23,136 nucleotides of DNA from Candidatus Sericytochromatia bacterium (GTDB taxonomy: Bacteria > Cyanobacteriota > Sericytochromatia > S15B-MN24 > JAQBPE01): the NCBI GenBank assembly GCA_035285125.1, contig JAYKHR010000160.1:1-23136 (forward strand), read 5' to 3'. Shown here piece after piece: positions 1 through 8,042 of the stretch (position 1 is its first letter; every line of letters starts with the position of its first letter). A model generated the notes under the pieces. It saw only the letters and a list, made by a program, of their open reading frames with translations, ran no database searches and was not told the DNA's origin. The position numbers were made by a program, and so were the translations under genes.

Positions 1-1317
1 ATCTCTCCCGAGCCCTACGTGCTCCCCGCCGCACGCGTGGCCGAGCTGCGGGCGCTGGGGGGCCACCTGCTGGCCTTCCTGCAGGCCGCCAACAAGCTTT
101 ACATGGAGAGCGTCAAGGGCCGTCAGCCCGCCTGGGTCCACCAGGTGCTCGATCAGGGCAAGCCGGAGGCGCTCGTCGAGTTCCAGCGGATGAACCGCTT
201 CAAAGGCCTGATCCCGCGGGTGATCCGGCCGGACCTCATCATCGACGAGGAGGGCCGGTGGTCCGCCTGCGAGCTCGACTCGATCCCGGGGGGCATCGGC
301 CTCACGGGGGCGATGTCGGCCGACTACGCCAGCCTCGGTTACGCGCTCGTGGGCGGCGGTGACGGCCTGGTGCGCGGGTTCGCCGCGATGATCCGGGACG
401 TCGCCGGCAAGCCGGACCCCACGCTGGCCATCACCGTGTCGGAGGAATCCAGCGACTACTGGCTGGAGCAGCAGTGGCTCGGCGCCAGGCTGAACGCGCT
501 CGGCCTCACCACCACCGTGGTGCGGCCCGGCGAGCTCCGCTACGACGGCGAAGGGGTCCGGGCCCCGTTCGGGGACGCCGGTGAACGCGAGGTCGACGTG
601 GTGTACCGCTTTTTTGAGCTGTTCGACCTCAAGAACCTGCCGCGCGCCGAGCTGATCCAGTATGCCGCGAAGAAGGCGCAGGTCGTCGTCACGCCGCCTT
701 ACAAGGCATACCTCGAGGAGAAGCTGCTCTTCGCGCTGTACCACCACCCGGCGCTGCGCGTGTTCTGGCGGGCGGAGATCTCGGGGGAGGCGCTGGCTGC
801 GCTGGATGGCCTGCTGCCGCGGACCTGGCTGCTGGATCCGGCGCCCCTGCCACCCCAGGCCGTCATCCCCGGGCTAACCGTCGAGGGCGCGCCGATCCAG
901 GACTGGCTGGCCCTCGCCACGGCCTCGAAGCGTGAGCGGGCTTACGTCCTCAAGCCCTCCGGCTTCTCCAGCCTGGCCTGGGGCAGTCACGGCGTGGCGT
1001 TCGGCTCCGACCTGTCGGGGCCCGACTGGGAGCTCGCGCTGCGCAACGCGCTCGGGGCCTTCCCCCGGACGCCTTACATCCTCCAGGCCTACCACAAGCC
1101 CGAGCGCACGACGGTGCGGTACTACGACTTCCGGCGGGAGGCCGTCTTCACGATGGAGGGACGGGCGCGCCTCTGCCCCTACTACTTCGTGGCGGGCGGC
1201 GAGGCCACGCTGGGGGGCATCCTGGCCACCGTCTGTCCGCTGGACAAGCTGGCGTTGCACGGGATGACGGACGCCGTGATGGTGCCGACGGCCGTGGCAC
1301 AGCCGCTGGCGCCATGA
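1..1317 (+). CDS. Circularly permuted ATP-grasp / glutathionylspermidine-synthase-like ligase (5'-truncated)
   Basis: The frame is open from base 1 (ISPEPYVLP...), so the true start lies upstream. Motifs in CP-ATP-grasp order: IRPDLII, CELDSIPGG, DVVYRFFE, EEKLLFALY, LLPRTW, YVLKP...WGSHGV, YILQAY. The stop overlaps the next ATG (ATGA, 1314-1317). Confidence 0.65.
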   Translation: MSPEPYVLPAARVAELRALGGHLLAFLQAANKLYMESVKGRQPAWVHQVLDQGKPEALVEFQRMNRFKGLIPRVIRPDLIIDEEGRWSACELDSIPGGIGLTGAMSADYASLGYALVGGGDGLVRGFAAMIRDVAGKPDPTLAITVSEESSDYWLEQQWLGARLNALGLTTTVVRPGELRYDGEGVRAPFGDAGEREVDVVYRFFELFDLKNLPRAELIQYAAKKAQVVVTPPYKAYLEEKLLFALYHHPALRVFWRAEISGEALAALDGLLPRTWLLDPAPLPPQAVIPGLTVEGAPIQDWLALATASKRERAYVLKPSGFSSLAWGSHGVAFGSDLSGPDWELALRNALGAFPRTPYILQAYHKPERTTVRYYDFRREAVFTMEGRARLCPYYFVAGGEATLGGILATVCPLDKLALHGMTDAVMVPTAVAQPLAP

Positions 1318-2285
1318 ACGGGCTGGCTGCGCTCTGGGGCGATCTGGCGCCCGGGCCGTCCGGCATGCCCGCCATCTCGGTGCGGGGCCTCCGCAAGCGC
1401 TATGGCGAGCTGCAGGCCGTCGATGACGTGAGCTTCGACGTCGCGCCCGGGGACTTCTTCGCCTTCCTCGGCCCTAACGGCGCGGGCAAGACCACGACCA
1501 TCAGCGCGATCGTGGGGCTGGTCCAGTTCCAGCAAGGGGCCATCAGCGTGCTGGGCCACGACGTCCGGGCGCACTACCGCGAGGCCCGCCGGGCTGTGGG
1601 GTTAGCCCCCCAGGACTTCAACTTCGACCGATACCTCACGGTCGAGGAGATCCTGCGCTACCAGGCCGGGTACTTCGGCGTCGCCCCGGCCGTCGCGAGC
1701 CAGCGGTCCGAGGCGCTGCTGCGCCAGTTCTCGCTCTGGGACAAGCGCCACCGGGACGTGGCCAAGCTCTCCGGTGGAATGAAGCGGCGGCTGACGCTCG
1801 CGCGGGCGCTCATCCACGCCCCGCGCGTGCTGATCCTCGATGAGCCCACGGCTGGCGTCGACCTCGAGCTGCGCCTCGAGCTCTGGGATTTCTTGCAAGG
1901 GCTCAACCGGCAAGGCCTCACCATCCTGCTGACGACCCACTACCTCGAGGAGGCCGAGCAGCTCTGCAACCGCGTCGGCATCATCGACAAGGGGCGGCTG
2001 GTCGCCCTGGACGACAAGGCCGCGCTGCTCGCCGGGCGCAGCCAGGAACGGCTCGAGCTCACCTTCCAGGCGCCCGTCGCCGAGCTGCCGCCGGCCCTCG
2101 CGGGCCTCGATGCCGCCCTGGTGCAGGACGGCCTGCGGCTCGTCGTGCGTCACTGTGCCGCCGCCGAGCTGCCTCGCATCCTGCGCGCGCTCGAGGCCCA
2201 GGGGCACCACCTCGCCGACCTCGCCGTCACCCGCAGCAACCTGCAAGACGTCTTTCTCTCGCTCACGGGCAGGCCCGACAGATGA
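1314..2285 (+). CDS. ABC-2 type (multidrug/YadG-like) transporter ATP-binding subunit
   Basis: Walker A GPNGAGKT, signature LSGGMKRR, Walker B LILDEPT, H-loop LTTHY, C-terminal NLQDVF; ATGA overlaps at both ends. Confidence 0.95.
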   Translation: MNGLAALWGDLAPGPSGMPAISVRGLRKRYGELQAVDDVSFDVAPGDFFAFLGPNGAGKTTTISAIVGLVQFQQGAISVLGHDVRAHYREARRAVGLAPQDFNFDRYLTVEEILRYQAGYFGVAPAVASQRSEALLRQFSLWDKRHRDVAKLSGGMKRRLTLARALIHAPRVLILDEPTAGVDLELRLELWDFLQGLNRQGLTILLTTHYLEEAEQLCNRVGIIDKGRLVALDDKAALLAGRSQERLELTFQAPVAELPPALAGLDAALVQDGLRLVVRHCAAAELPRILRALEAQGHHLADLAVTRSNLQDVFLSLTGRPDR

Positions 2286-3043
2286 ACCTCATCGGCTTCC
2301 AGACGCTCGCCCGGCGCGAGCTTCGTCGCACGTTCCAGATCATCAACCAGGTCGTGTGGCCCCCCATCGTGTCCACGCTGCTGTACGTCCTGATCATCGG
2401 CCTGTCCGTCGGGGGACGGCTCGAGGCCGCGACGGGCGTGCGGTACGTCGAGTTCCTGATCCCGGGTCTCATCGCCCTCACGGTGATCGAGGCGTCCTTT
2501 GCCGAGAGCTCCGCCTCGCTGTTCCAGCACCGCTTCATGAACAGCATCCAGGAGCTCCTCACGGCACCGCTTTCGGCCTTCGAGATCGTGGCAGGCTTCG
2601 TCACGGGTTCCGTCGCGCGGGCGCTGCTGCTCGGCAACCTCCTGATGCTGTTCCTGCCCGTGTTCACCCAGCGCTGGCCTGTCCACTGGGGCCTGTACCT
2701 GGCCCTGATGGTGGCGATTGCCGTGCTGTTCTCGTCGCTGGGCCTGGTGGTCGGGCTCTGGGGGGAGAAGTGGGACCACGTGGCCATTCCCCAGACCTTC
2801 CTGTTCACGCCTCTGATCTGGCTCGGCGGGGCCTTCTCGCCCGTGTCCCTGATGCCCGAGGCCCTTCGCGGCGTGGCCCAGCTGAACCCGATGTTCTACG
2901 TGATCGACGCCTTCCGCTTCGCCGTGCTCGGGCGGTCAGACGCCCCCGTGGCCCTCTCGATCGGCGTCACGCTGGCCCTCGCCGTGGGGGCTGCCAGCCT
3001 GGCGCTGCGCCTCTTTGCGGTGGGCTGGAAGCTGCGGACCTGA
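2282..3043 (+). CDS. ABC-2 type transporter permease (YadH-like)
   Basis: About 6 hydrophobic segments; Y-x-x-F-L-x-P-G, IQELLTAPLS, LGGAFSP and LNPMFYVIDAFR motifs; translationally coupled to the ATPase. Confidence 0.93.
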   Translation: MNLIGFQTLARRELRRTFQIINQVVWPPIVSTLLYVLIIGLSVGGRLEAATGVRYVEFLIPGLIALTVIEASFAESSASLFQHRFMNSIQELLTAPLSAFEIVAGFVTGSVARALLLGNLLMLFLPVFTQRWPVHWGLYLALMVAIAVLFSSLGLVVGLWGEKWDHVAIPQTFLFTPLIWLGGAFSPVSLMPEALRGVAQLNPMFYVIDAFRFAVLGRSDAPVALSIGVTLALAVGAASLALRLFAVGWKLRT

Positions 3044-3052
3044 CGACCGTCG

Positions 3053-3124
3053 CCAAGTTTCGGTTAATTAACACGAAAGGTTGCATTAAGTTTCGGTTAT
3101 AAGGTTCCTGTAGAGGCTTAACCT
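3053..3124 (+). promoter_or_regulatory. AT-rich control region upstream of the S8 peptidase with direct repeats and a palindrome
   Basis: Perfect 12-bp direct repeat AAGTTTCGGTTA at 3055-3066 and 3088-3099; palindrome GTTAATTAAC at 3063-3072; strongly AT-rich relative to the flanks. Confidence 0.55.
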
Positions 3125-3162
3125 GTGGCGCCACCGCCCAGGGCTCGAGGGAACCGCACCGA

Positions 3163-4281
3163 ATGCCGCTCCAGGCCGCCAACGCCTTCGTCACCTGGGC
3201 CCGTGGGGCCGCCCGTGGCGTCGCGGTCCAGCGGACGGCCGACACGGCCCTGACGCGCGTGCAACTGCGTGCCGCGGCGGCGCAGGACGGGGTGCCCTCC
3301 GCCGTGGTGGCCTTCGGTCGCGACGTCGCGCTGCTGTCGGGGGCCTCCCTGCGCACGGCCTCGGCCGTCGCCCGCAATGCCGACGGCCTGCGCGTCGGCG
3401 AGCGGGTCAACGTGGATGGAATGGCGGGCACGGTGCTGCACACCGACGACGGCTTCGCCGAGCTCGATGCGCGCGGCGTCGTGGTCGCCATCGTCGACAC
3501 GGGCGTGGACGTCCACCACCCGGCGCTCGCCGGGCGCTGCCTGCCTGGCTGGAACGCCGTGGACGGCTCTGCCGACGTGGCCGACATGGACGGCCACGGC
3601 ACCCACGTCGCCGGCAAGCTGGCGGGCGTCGCCCCGCGGGCCGAGGACGGCGGGGTGGCCCCGTGGGTCTCCGTGCTGCCCATCAAGGCCGTGGACGCCT
3701 TCGGGCGCTTCTCGGATGCCTCCATCGCCGCCGGCATCCGCCACGCCACCGCCCGGGGCGCCCGCGTCGTGAACCTCAGCCTGCGGAGCGATGTGCCGCT
3801 GCCCCTGACGGCCAGCGCCATCGCCGAGGCCCGGTGGGCGGGCGTCCTCGTGGTCGCGGCCTCCGGCAACGAGGGGCGCAACGAGGTGACCTACCCTGCG
3901 GCCTACCCCGGCGTGCTCGTGGTGGGCTCGGCAGAGGCAGGCGTGCGCTCGCGCTTCTCGAACGGCGGCGCTCGCCTCGACCTCGTGGCCCCAGGCGAGC
4001 GCGTGCGCTCGGCCGAGGCTGGCGCCTACCGGGAGCGCTCTGGGACCTCGATGGCGAGCCCCCAGGTGGCGGCCGCCGCCGCGCTGGTGATGGCCCGCAA
4101 CCCTCACTGGACGGCCGAGCAGGTGGCGGAGTGGCTTCGCCGGACGGCGCGCGACCGCGGGCTGCCCGGCCGGGACGGCGACTTCGGGGCCGGGGAACTC
4201 GACCTCTTCGCGGCCGTGCACGGCGCGCCCGCCCCTGTGCAGGTCCCCCCGGCGCGGCGGCCCTGGGCGATCAGCTGGTGA
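3163..4281 (+). CDS. S8 (subtilisin) family serine peptidase
   Basis: Catalytic triad motifs VAIVDTG, HGTHVAG and SGTSMASP, plus oxyanion AASGN; GAGGGA RBS-like sequence at 3147-3152; no obvious signal peptide. Confidence 0.95.
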   Translation: MPLQAANAFVTWARGAARGVAVQRTADTALTRVQLRAAAAQDGVPSAVVAFGRDVALLSGASLRTASAVARNADGLRVGERVNVDGMAGTVLHTDDGFAELDARGVVVAIVDTGVDVHHPALAGRCLPGWNAVDGSADVADMDGHGTHVAGKLAGVAPRAEDGGVAPWVSVLPIKAVDAFGRFSDASIAAGIRHATARGARVVNLSLRSDVPLPLTASAIAEARWAGVLVVAASGNEGRNEVTYPAAYPGVLVVGSAEAGVRSRFSNGGARLDLVAPGERVRSAEAGAYRERSGTSMASPQVAAAAALVMARNPHWTAEQVAEWLRRTARDRGLPGRDGDFGAGELDLFAAVHGAPAPVQVPPARRPWAISW

Positions 4282-5083
4282 CGCCCGGGATGACGGGCGG
4301 CCCGACGCGGTTGCCCGGCGGGGCCGAGGGGGGCGCTGGGGGCGGCGTCGGCGGGGTGCCGAACCGCTCGGCCGGTGGCCGCCAGCCCCGCAGCAGGCCA
4401 GGCGCCAGCTCCCACGTCAGCCGCTTCAGCCCCGGGTGGTCGTCCATCAGGTGGTCGTAGGCAAAGGCGTTGAACGACGCCTCCGCTTCGCGCGGCACGG
4501 CCAGCCGCTCGCTGGCGTCCAGGAAGGCCCCGGCCACGTCCTCCAGCCGGGCCAGCGCCTCGGCGTCGAGCATGTCGACCTCGAGCTCCCGCAGCTGCTG
4601 GCCGCGCCGGAGCCGATCCGCCACCAGGGTGCTCGCCGCGCTGAGCAGCACGGGGGAGTCGATCACCTTGCGCGGCGCCACGGCCAGCGCCGTCAGCCGC
4701 AGCGAGGCGCGGGTGCCGGGCAGCCGCACGCGCACCAAGAGCTTGTCTCGGGAGGGCTTGAGCCCCTCAAGCACGAAGTGACCGGCCTCATCCACCGGGG
4801 CAGGCCCAGCGAGCACCTCGTCGGCGTAGTCCAGGGCCTCGGCCTGGCCGCCGTTCAGGGAGGCCAGCCCGGCCCCCGCCGCCGCAGCCTGGTCGAGCGT
4901 GACCGTGCCCACGAGCCGCCCCCGGTTCGGGGCGATGGTGGGGCGGTACTGACCGGCCCGCACCACCCGCTCGGGCTCCGGGGGGGGAAGCCCCCTGGCG
5001 CCGCTCGGGGGCTGGGCGCACCCGGTGACCACGCAGGCGAACGCCAGCGTGACGCGGGCGACAAGAAGAGGGGGCGGCATCAT
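4271..5083 (-). CDS. Hypothetical lipoprotein with a carboxypeptidase-regulatory/transthyretin-like beta domain and Pro-rich tail
   Basis: Start re-placed at ATG 5083 (or 5080): MMPPPLLVARVTLAFACVVTGC, lipobox-like Cys22; GRLVGTV...VDEAGHFVLEGL pattern. The track ORF's extension to 5518 is low-complexity and overlaps the M30 gene. Convergent 11-bp overlap with the S8 gene. Confidence 0.7.
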   Translation of the reverse strand: MMPPPLLVARVTLAFACVVTGCAQPPSGARGLPPPEPERVVRAGQYRPTIAPNRGRLVGTVTLDQAAAAGAGLASLNGGQAEALDYADEVLAGPAPVDEAGHFVLEGLKPSRDKLLVRVRLPGTRASLRLTALAVAPRKVIDSPVLLSAASTLVADRLRRGQQLRELEVDMLDAEALARLEDVAGAFLDASERLAVPREAEASFNAFAYDHLMDDHPGLKRLTWELAPGLLRGWRPPAERFGTPPTPPPAPPSAPPGNRVGPPVIPGVTS

Positions 5084-5213
5084 CGGGGCAGGTCCTGCCG
5101 GCGGGGGCGTCACGCCGGACGCCCTTTCCATACCCCGTGAAGCAGGCCGTATAACCCGGGACGGGCCCCCTGACTGGGTTGCCAGGGTTATGACGCACGG
5201 CCCGCCGCGGGCC

Positions 5214-6737
5214 TCAGGGCACGATGGCCGCCCCGAGCAGCCGCTTGGCGGTGTCAGGGCCGAGCGACAGCCGCCAGGGCCGAGCCTCTTCGGCCGTGTA
5301 CGTGAGGTAGGCCGTGGCCCACGGGCGCAGGGCGAGCGCCAGGTCCGCCCCGTCCCCCGGTCGCGGCTGGAACCCGCGCAGCACGATGTCCTCGAGGCCC
5401 GTCGAGGACCGGTAGGTGCCCCGCAGCGGCAGCCCCCTGTAGGTGTACGGCGTGCCGGAGGCCAGGGGGGCGTCGCTGACGAGGTTGGCGATGCCCCAGG
5501 CCCGGAAGTGGTCCGCAAAGGTCGTGCCCCGTGCCTTCAGGAGGTCGGACACGCAGCCGACGCCGGCCTTGTTGGCGTTGAGGATCTCCGGCACGATGCC
5601 CGCCCCGTAGCGGTCCACAAGGTAGCGCACGAAGAGGTAGCTCTGCCCGTAGGCAAAGCCGTTCGGGTTGCCGCTCCAGTCCGTGAGCGAGAACTCCTGG
5701 GGGCTTTCCTGGAACACCCGAAGATCCTTGGCGATGTGGTAGTCGCCAGCAGGCAGGCCGTACCCGGCGACCTCCATCGCGTACATGCTCAGCCCCTCAT
5801 CGAGCCAGGTCTCCTCCGCCAGCCTGTAGCCCAGGCGGGCCGATTTGCGGGAGAAGTTCAGCAGGTGCTGGAACTCGTGGGCCAGCGTGCCGAACGAGGT
5901 GAGCTCGGGCCGGTCGAAGAGCTGGTCCGTCATGAACAGGACCTCCTTCTGGTTCGAGTTCCCGCCCCCGCCCGGGATGGCGTCGCGGGACCAGAAGTAC
6001 CCCATCAGGCCTTTCTCCTTGCCCCAGTTGTCCACGGCCGGGGACAGCACGATGAAGACGCGATCCTCCCCGTCGACGCCGGGCCGCGCCTCGCGCCCGA
6101 AGACGCCCGTCAGGCGGGGGTAGATGCGGTTTTCCCACTCGTTCATCAGCCGGTCGAGGTTGGCCTCCGAGATGGCCTTGGCGTCCTCGTCGACGTACAG
6201 CAGGGCGTTCTCCGTGACGCGGCGCAGGGCGCACGGACGCTTCCGGTCGTCCATCGCCGACGAGGACCCCGTGTTGATCCAGAAGGCCTCGGAGCTGCCC
6301 AGCGTCCTGTCCAGTGCTGCCGAGAGGCGCCGCGTGGGCAGGCCGACCGGCGCTGCGACGGCGTCACGGAAGCGGGCGCTGTAGGGCATGGCGTTCGGCT
6401 CGGCAGGCCCTTGCTGGAGCCTGTAGCTCGCGCTGGCCGGGCTGGTGGGCTCGACGGAGAGGCGCAGCGGCGTGGTGGCTGCGCCGCCGGCGCTCGCCAC
6501 GAGGGTCAGCTCGCGGCCGGGAGGCGTCAGGTGCACCTCCGAACTCGCCGCCGGGTCCAGCAGGGCGATGGCTGCGGCCCCGCGGGTGGTGGGACGGTCG
6601 AGGGCCGGGCCCGGCCGGGCCCCCGTGCCGGGGGGCAGCACCGGGCTGAGGCACCCCGCCAGGATCATCAGGGCGGCGACCACCGCCGCGGTGGGCGCCG
6701 CGCGGCGGGTAGGGGGTGTTGCGCGAGGGCCTGCCAT
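5214..6737 (-). CDS. Lipoprotein zinc metallopeptidase, M30 (hyicolysin)-like
   Basis: TLAHEFQH zinc motif followed by WLDEGLS (third ligand Glu); GYF, LYVDE and YGQSYLF segments typical of this family; signal ...AALMILAGC (Cys29) from ATG 6737. Confidence 0.8.
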   Translation of the reverse strand: MAGPRATPPTRRAAPTAAVVAALMILAGCLSPVLPPGTGARPGPALDRPTTRGAAAIALLDPAASSEVHLTPPGRELTLVASAGGAATTPLRLSVEPTSPASASYRLQQGPAEPNAMPYSARFRDAVAAPVGLPTRRLSAALDRTLGSSEAFWINTGSSSAMDDRKRPCALRRVTENALLYVDEDAKAISEANLDRLMNEWENRIYPRLTGVFGREARPGVDGEDRVFIVLSPAVDNWGKEKGLMGYFWSRDAIPGGGGNSNQKEVLFMTDQLFDRPELTSFGTLAHEFQHLLNFSRKSARLGYRLAEETWLDEGLSMYAMEVAGYGLPAGDYHIAKDLRVFQESPQEFSLTDWSGNPNGFAYGQSYLFVRYLVDRYGAGIVPEILNANKAGVGCVSDLLKARGTTFADHFRAWGIANLVSDAPLASGTPYTYRGLPLRGTYRSSTGLEDIVLRGFQPRPGDGADLALALRPWATAYLTYTAEEARPWRLSLGPDTAKRLLGAAIVP

Positions 6738-6743
6738 CGCCCG

Positions 6744-6753
6744 CCATGGTACC
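6744..6753 (-). promoter_or_regulatory. Putative -10 element (GG-TACCAT-GG) of the M30-like gene
   Basis: TANNNT hexamer 8 nt upstream of ATG 6737; the same 10-mer pattern occurs before hemH and speA. Confidence 0.5.
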
Positions 6754-6973
6754 TCACCAGCCCCCTGCTTGCACCTGGCAGCCCTCGGGCCGCGCGAGGG
6801 GGGCGAACGGACCGCCCGGAGCCGCTCCCGACGCGTGGGGGCAACGCGCCTGACTGCCGGTCGCCCCACATCCGGGTCTCTCCGTGATAGAGGGGATGGT
6901 CCGTGGGGGTGCGGGGGGAAGCGCGCAGGCGGGTATGGGGGGGGTGATCCATCCAGCCCTGAGGAGCCTCCCT

Positions 6974-7876
6974 ATGCGCCCGCTCAAGACCCTCGCCCTT
7001 CTTGCCAGTGCCTGCCTGATGACGGCGTGCACCACCATCGAGCCCGGGAACGTGGGCGTCATGACCGACGAGTGGAACGGCGACGTCGTCAAGGAACCGC
7101 TTCGTGCCGGCTACCACTACGTCGGAGTGTACAAGAAGGTGTACGAGTTCCCCTCGGGCGTGGTCTCCAACATCAACATGGACAACTTCCGGGTCAACAC
7201 GCGCGAGGGTCAGGAAATCACCATTGACGTGCGGGTGCAGTACCGCCCCGACCTGACGGCGGAGGACGACCATGCGGTGCAGCTCTTTCAGCGCTACCGC
7301 AAGCCCTTCGAGGGTGACAACGGCCTCGTGCAGACGCGCTGGATCCCCGTCATCCAGCAGGCAGCGGGCTACGCCGTCTCGCAGTACGGCGTGATCGACA
7401 TCTACCAGAGCCGGGGCGCCAGGGCCGCGGCCCTGATGAGCCGCATCCTGCAGAACGGCCTCAAGACCCGCGACGTCCAGATCGACGGCATCGGCGACGA
7501 CTTCGTCACGATCCAGACCGTGGCCATCAGCGACATCGTGTTGCCTGACGCCATCAAGACGGCCGTGGAGCGCAAGGCGCAGATCGAGCAGGAGACGATG
7601 TCGGCGAAGCAGGGCCTGGAGAAGGCCCGCATGGCGGCCGAACAGGTCAAGATCGAGGCCCGCGCGGAGGCCGAGGCCAAGGTCATCCGGGCCCAGGGCG
7701 AGGCCCGGGCGCGGGCTGCGCTGGGCATCAGCCCCGAGCAGTACGTGCGCATCGAGACGGCCAAGCTGGCGGCGGACGCCATCAAGACCGCGCCGAACCT
7801 GGTGATCGTGCCGGCCAACAGCATCCTCGACACCCGGTCCCTTGGCCTGGCTGGCGCGGGCAAGGCCGGTCAGTAG
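6974..7876 (+). CDS. SPFH / band 7 / prohibitin family lipoprotein
   Basis: RBS GAGGAG at 6961-6966; MRPLKTLALLASACLMTAC lipobox-like signal; IEPGNVGV, L-x-x-G-Y-H, TREGQEITIDV and I-x-D-I-x-L-P motifs, then an Ala/Glu-rich coiled coil (EARAEAEAKVIRAQGEA). Confidence 0.9.
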   Translation: MRPLKTLALLASACLMTACTTIEPGNVGVMTDEWNGDVVKEPLRAGYHYVGVYKKVYEFPSGVVSNINMDNFRVNTREGQEITIDVRVQYRPDLTAEDDHAVQLFQRYRKPFEGDNGLVQTRWIPVIQQAAGYAVSQYGVIDIYQSRGARAAALMSRILQNGLKTRDVQIDGIGDDFVTIQTVAISDIVLPDAIKTAVERKAQIEQETMSAKQGLEKARMAAEQVKIEARAEAEAKVIRAQGEARARAALGISPEQYVRIETAKLAADAIKTAPNLVIVPANSILDTRSLGLAGAGKAGQ

Positions 7877-8028
7877 TCCCTCGACAACTCGCCCCGCGCG
7901 GGCCTGCCGGCTTGCCGAGCGACCGCGCGGGGGGGCCACCGGGGGCCCCGCCGGGTCGACCGGGGTGGGGCGAGGGCGCCCGGAATGTATCGGTTTTGTC
8001 CAGGACATACCCTTTGCGGGCCTGACCC

Positions 8029-8038
8029 GGTATCATGG
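8029..8038 (+). promoter_or_regulatory. Putative -10 element (GG-TATCAT-GG) giving a leaderless hemH transcript
   Basis: TATCAT at 8031-8036 lies 6 nt before ATG 8043; no Shine-Dalgarno sequence is visible. Confidence 0.55.
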
Positions 8039-8042
8039 CCTC

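Noticed and set aside
3069..3103. Sigma54 or canonical sigma70 promoter (CACG...TTGCA; TTGCAT...TATAAG)
   Set aside because: It lacks the invariant -24 GG, and the -35/-10 spacing is only 11 bp.
5151..5191. ATAACCC...GGGTTAT inverted repeat between the M30 gene and the 4271 lipoprotein
   Set aside because: Only 7-bp arms with a 27-bp spacer and no transposase or recombinase nearby; it may be regulatory but cannot be supported.
5025..6887. Long antisense or alternate-frame ORFs (e.g. 5025-6887 +, 10883-13027 -, 14065-15804 -, 19525-21417 +)
   Set aside because: They shadow well-supported genes, have Arg/Gly/Pro/Ala-rich or antisense-typical composition and no motifs; this is expected from stop-codon scarcity at high GC.
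7877..8010. GC hairpins after the SPFH gene and the TGTCC-A-GGACA palindrome (7997-8007) as a terminator, riboswitch or operator
   Set aside because: Short GC stems without a U-tract and a 5-bp arm are expected by chance; no recognisable riboswitch motif.
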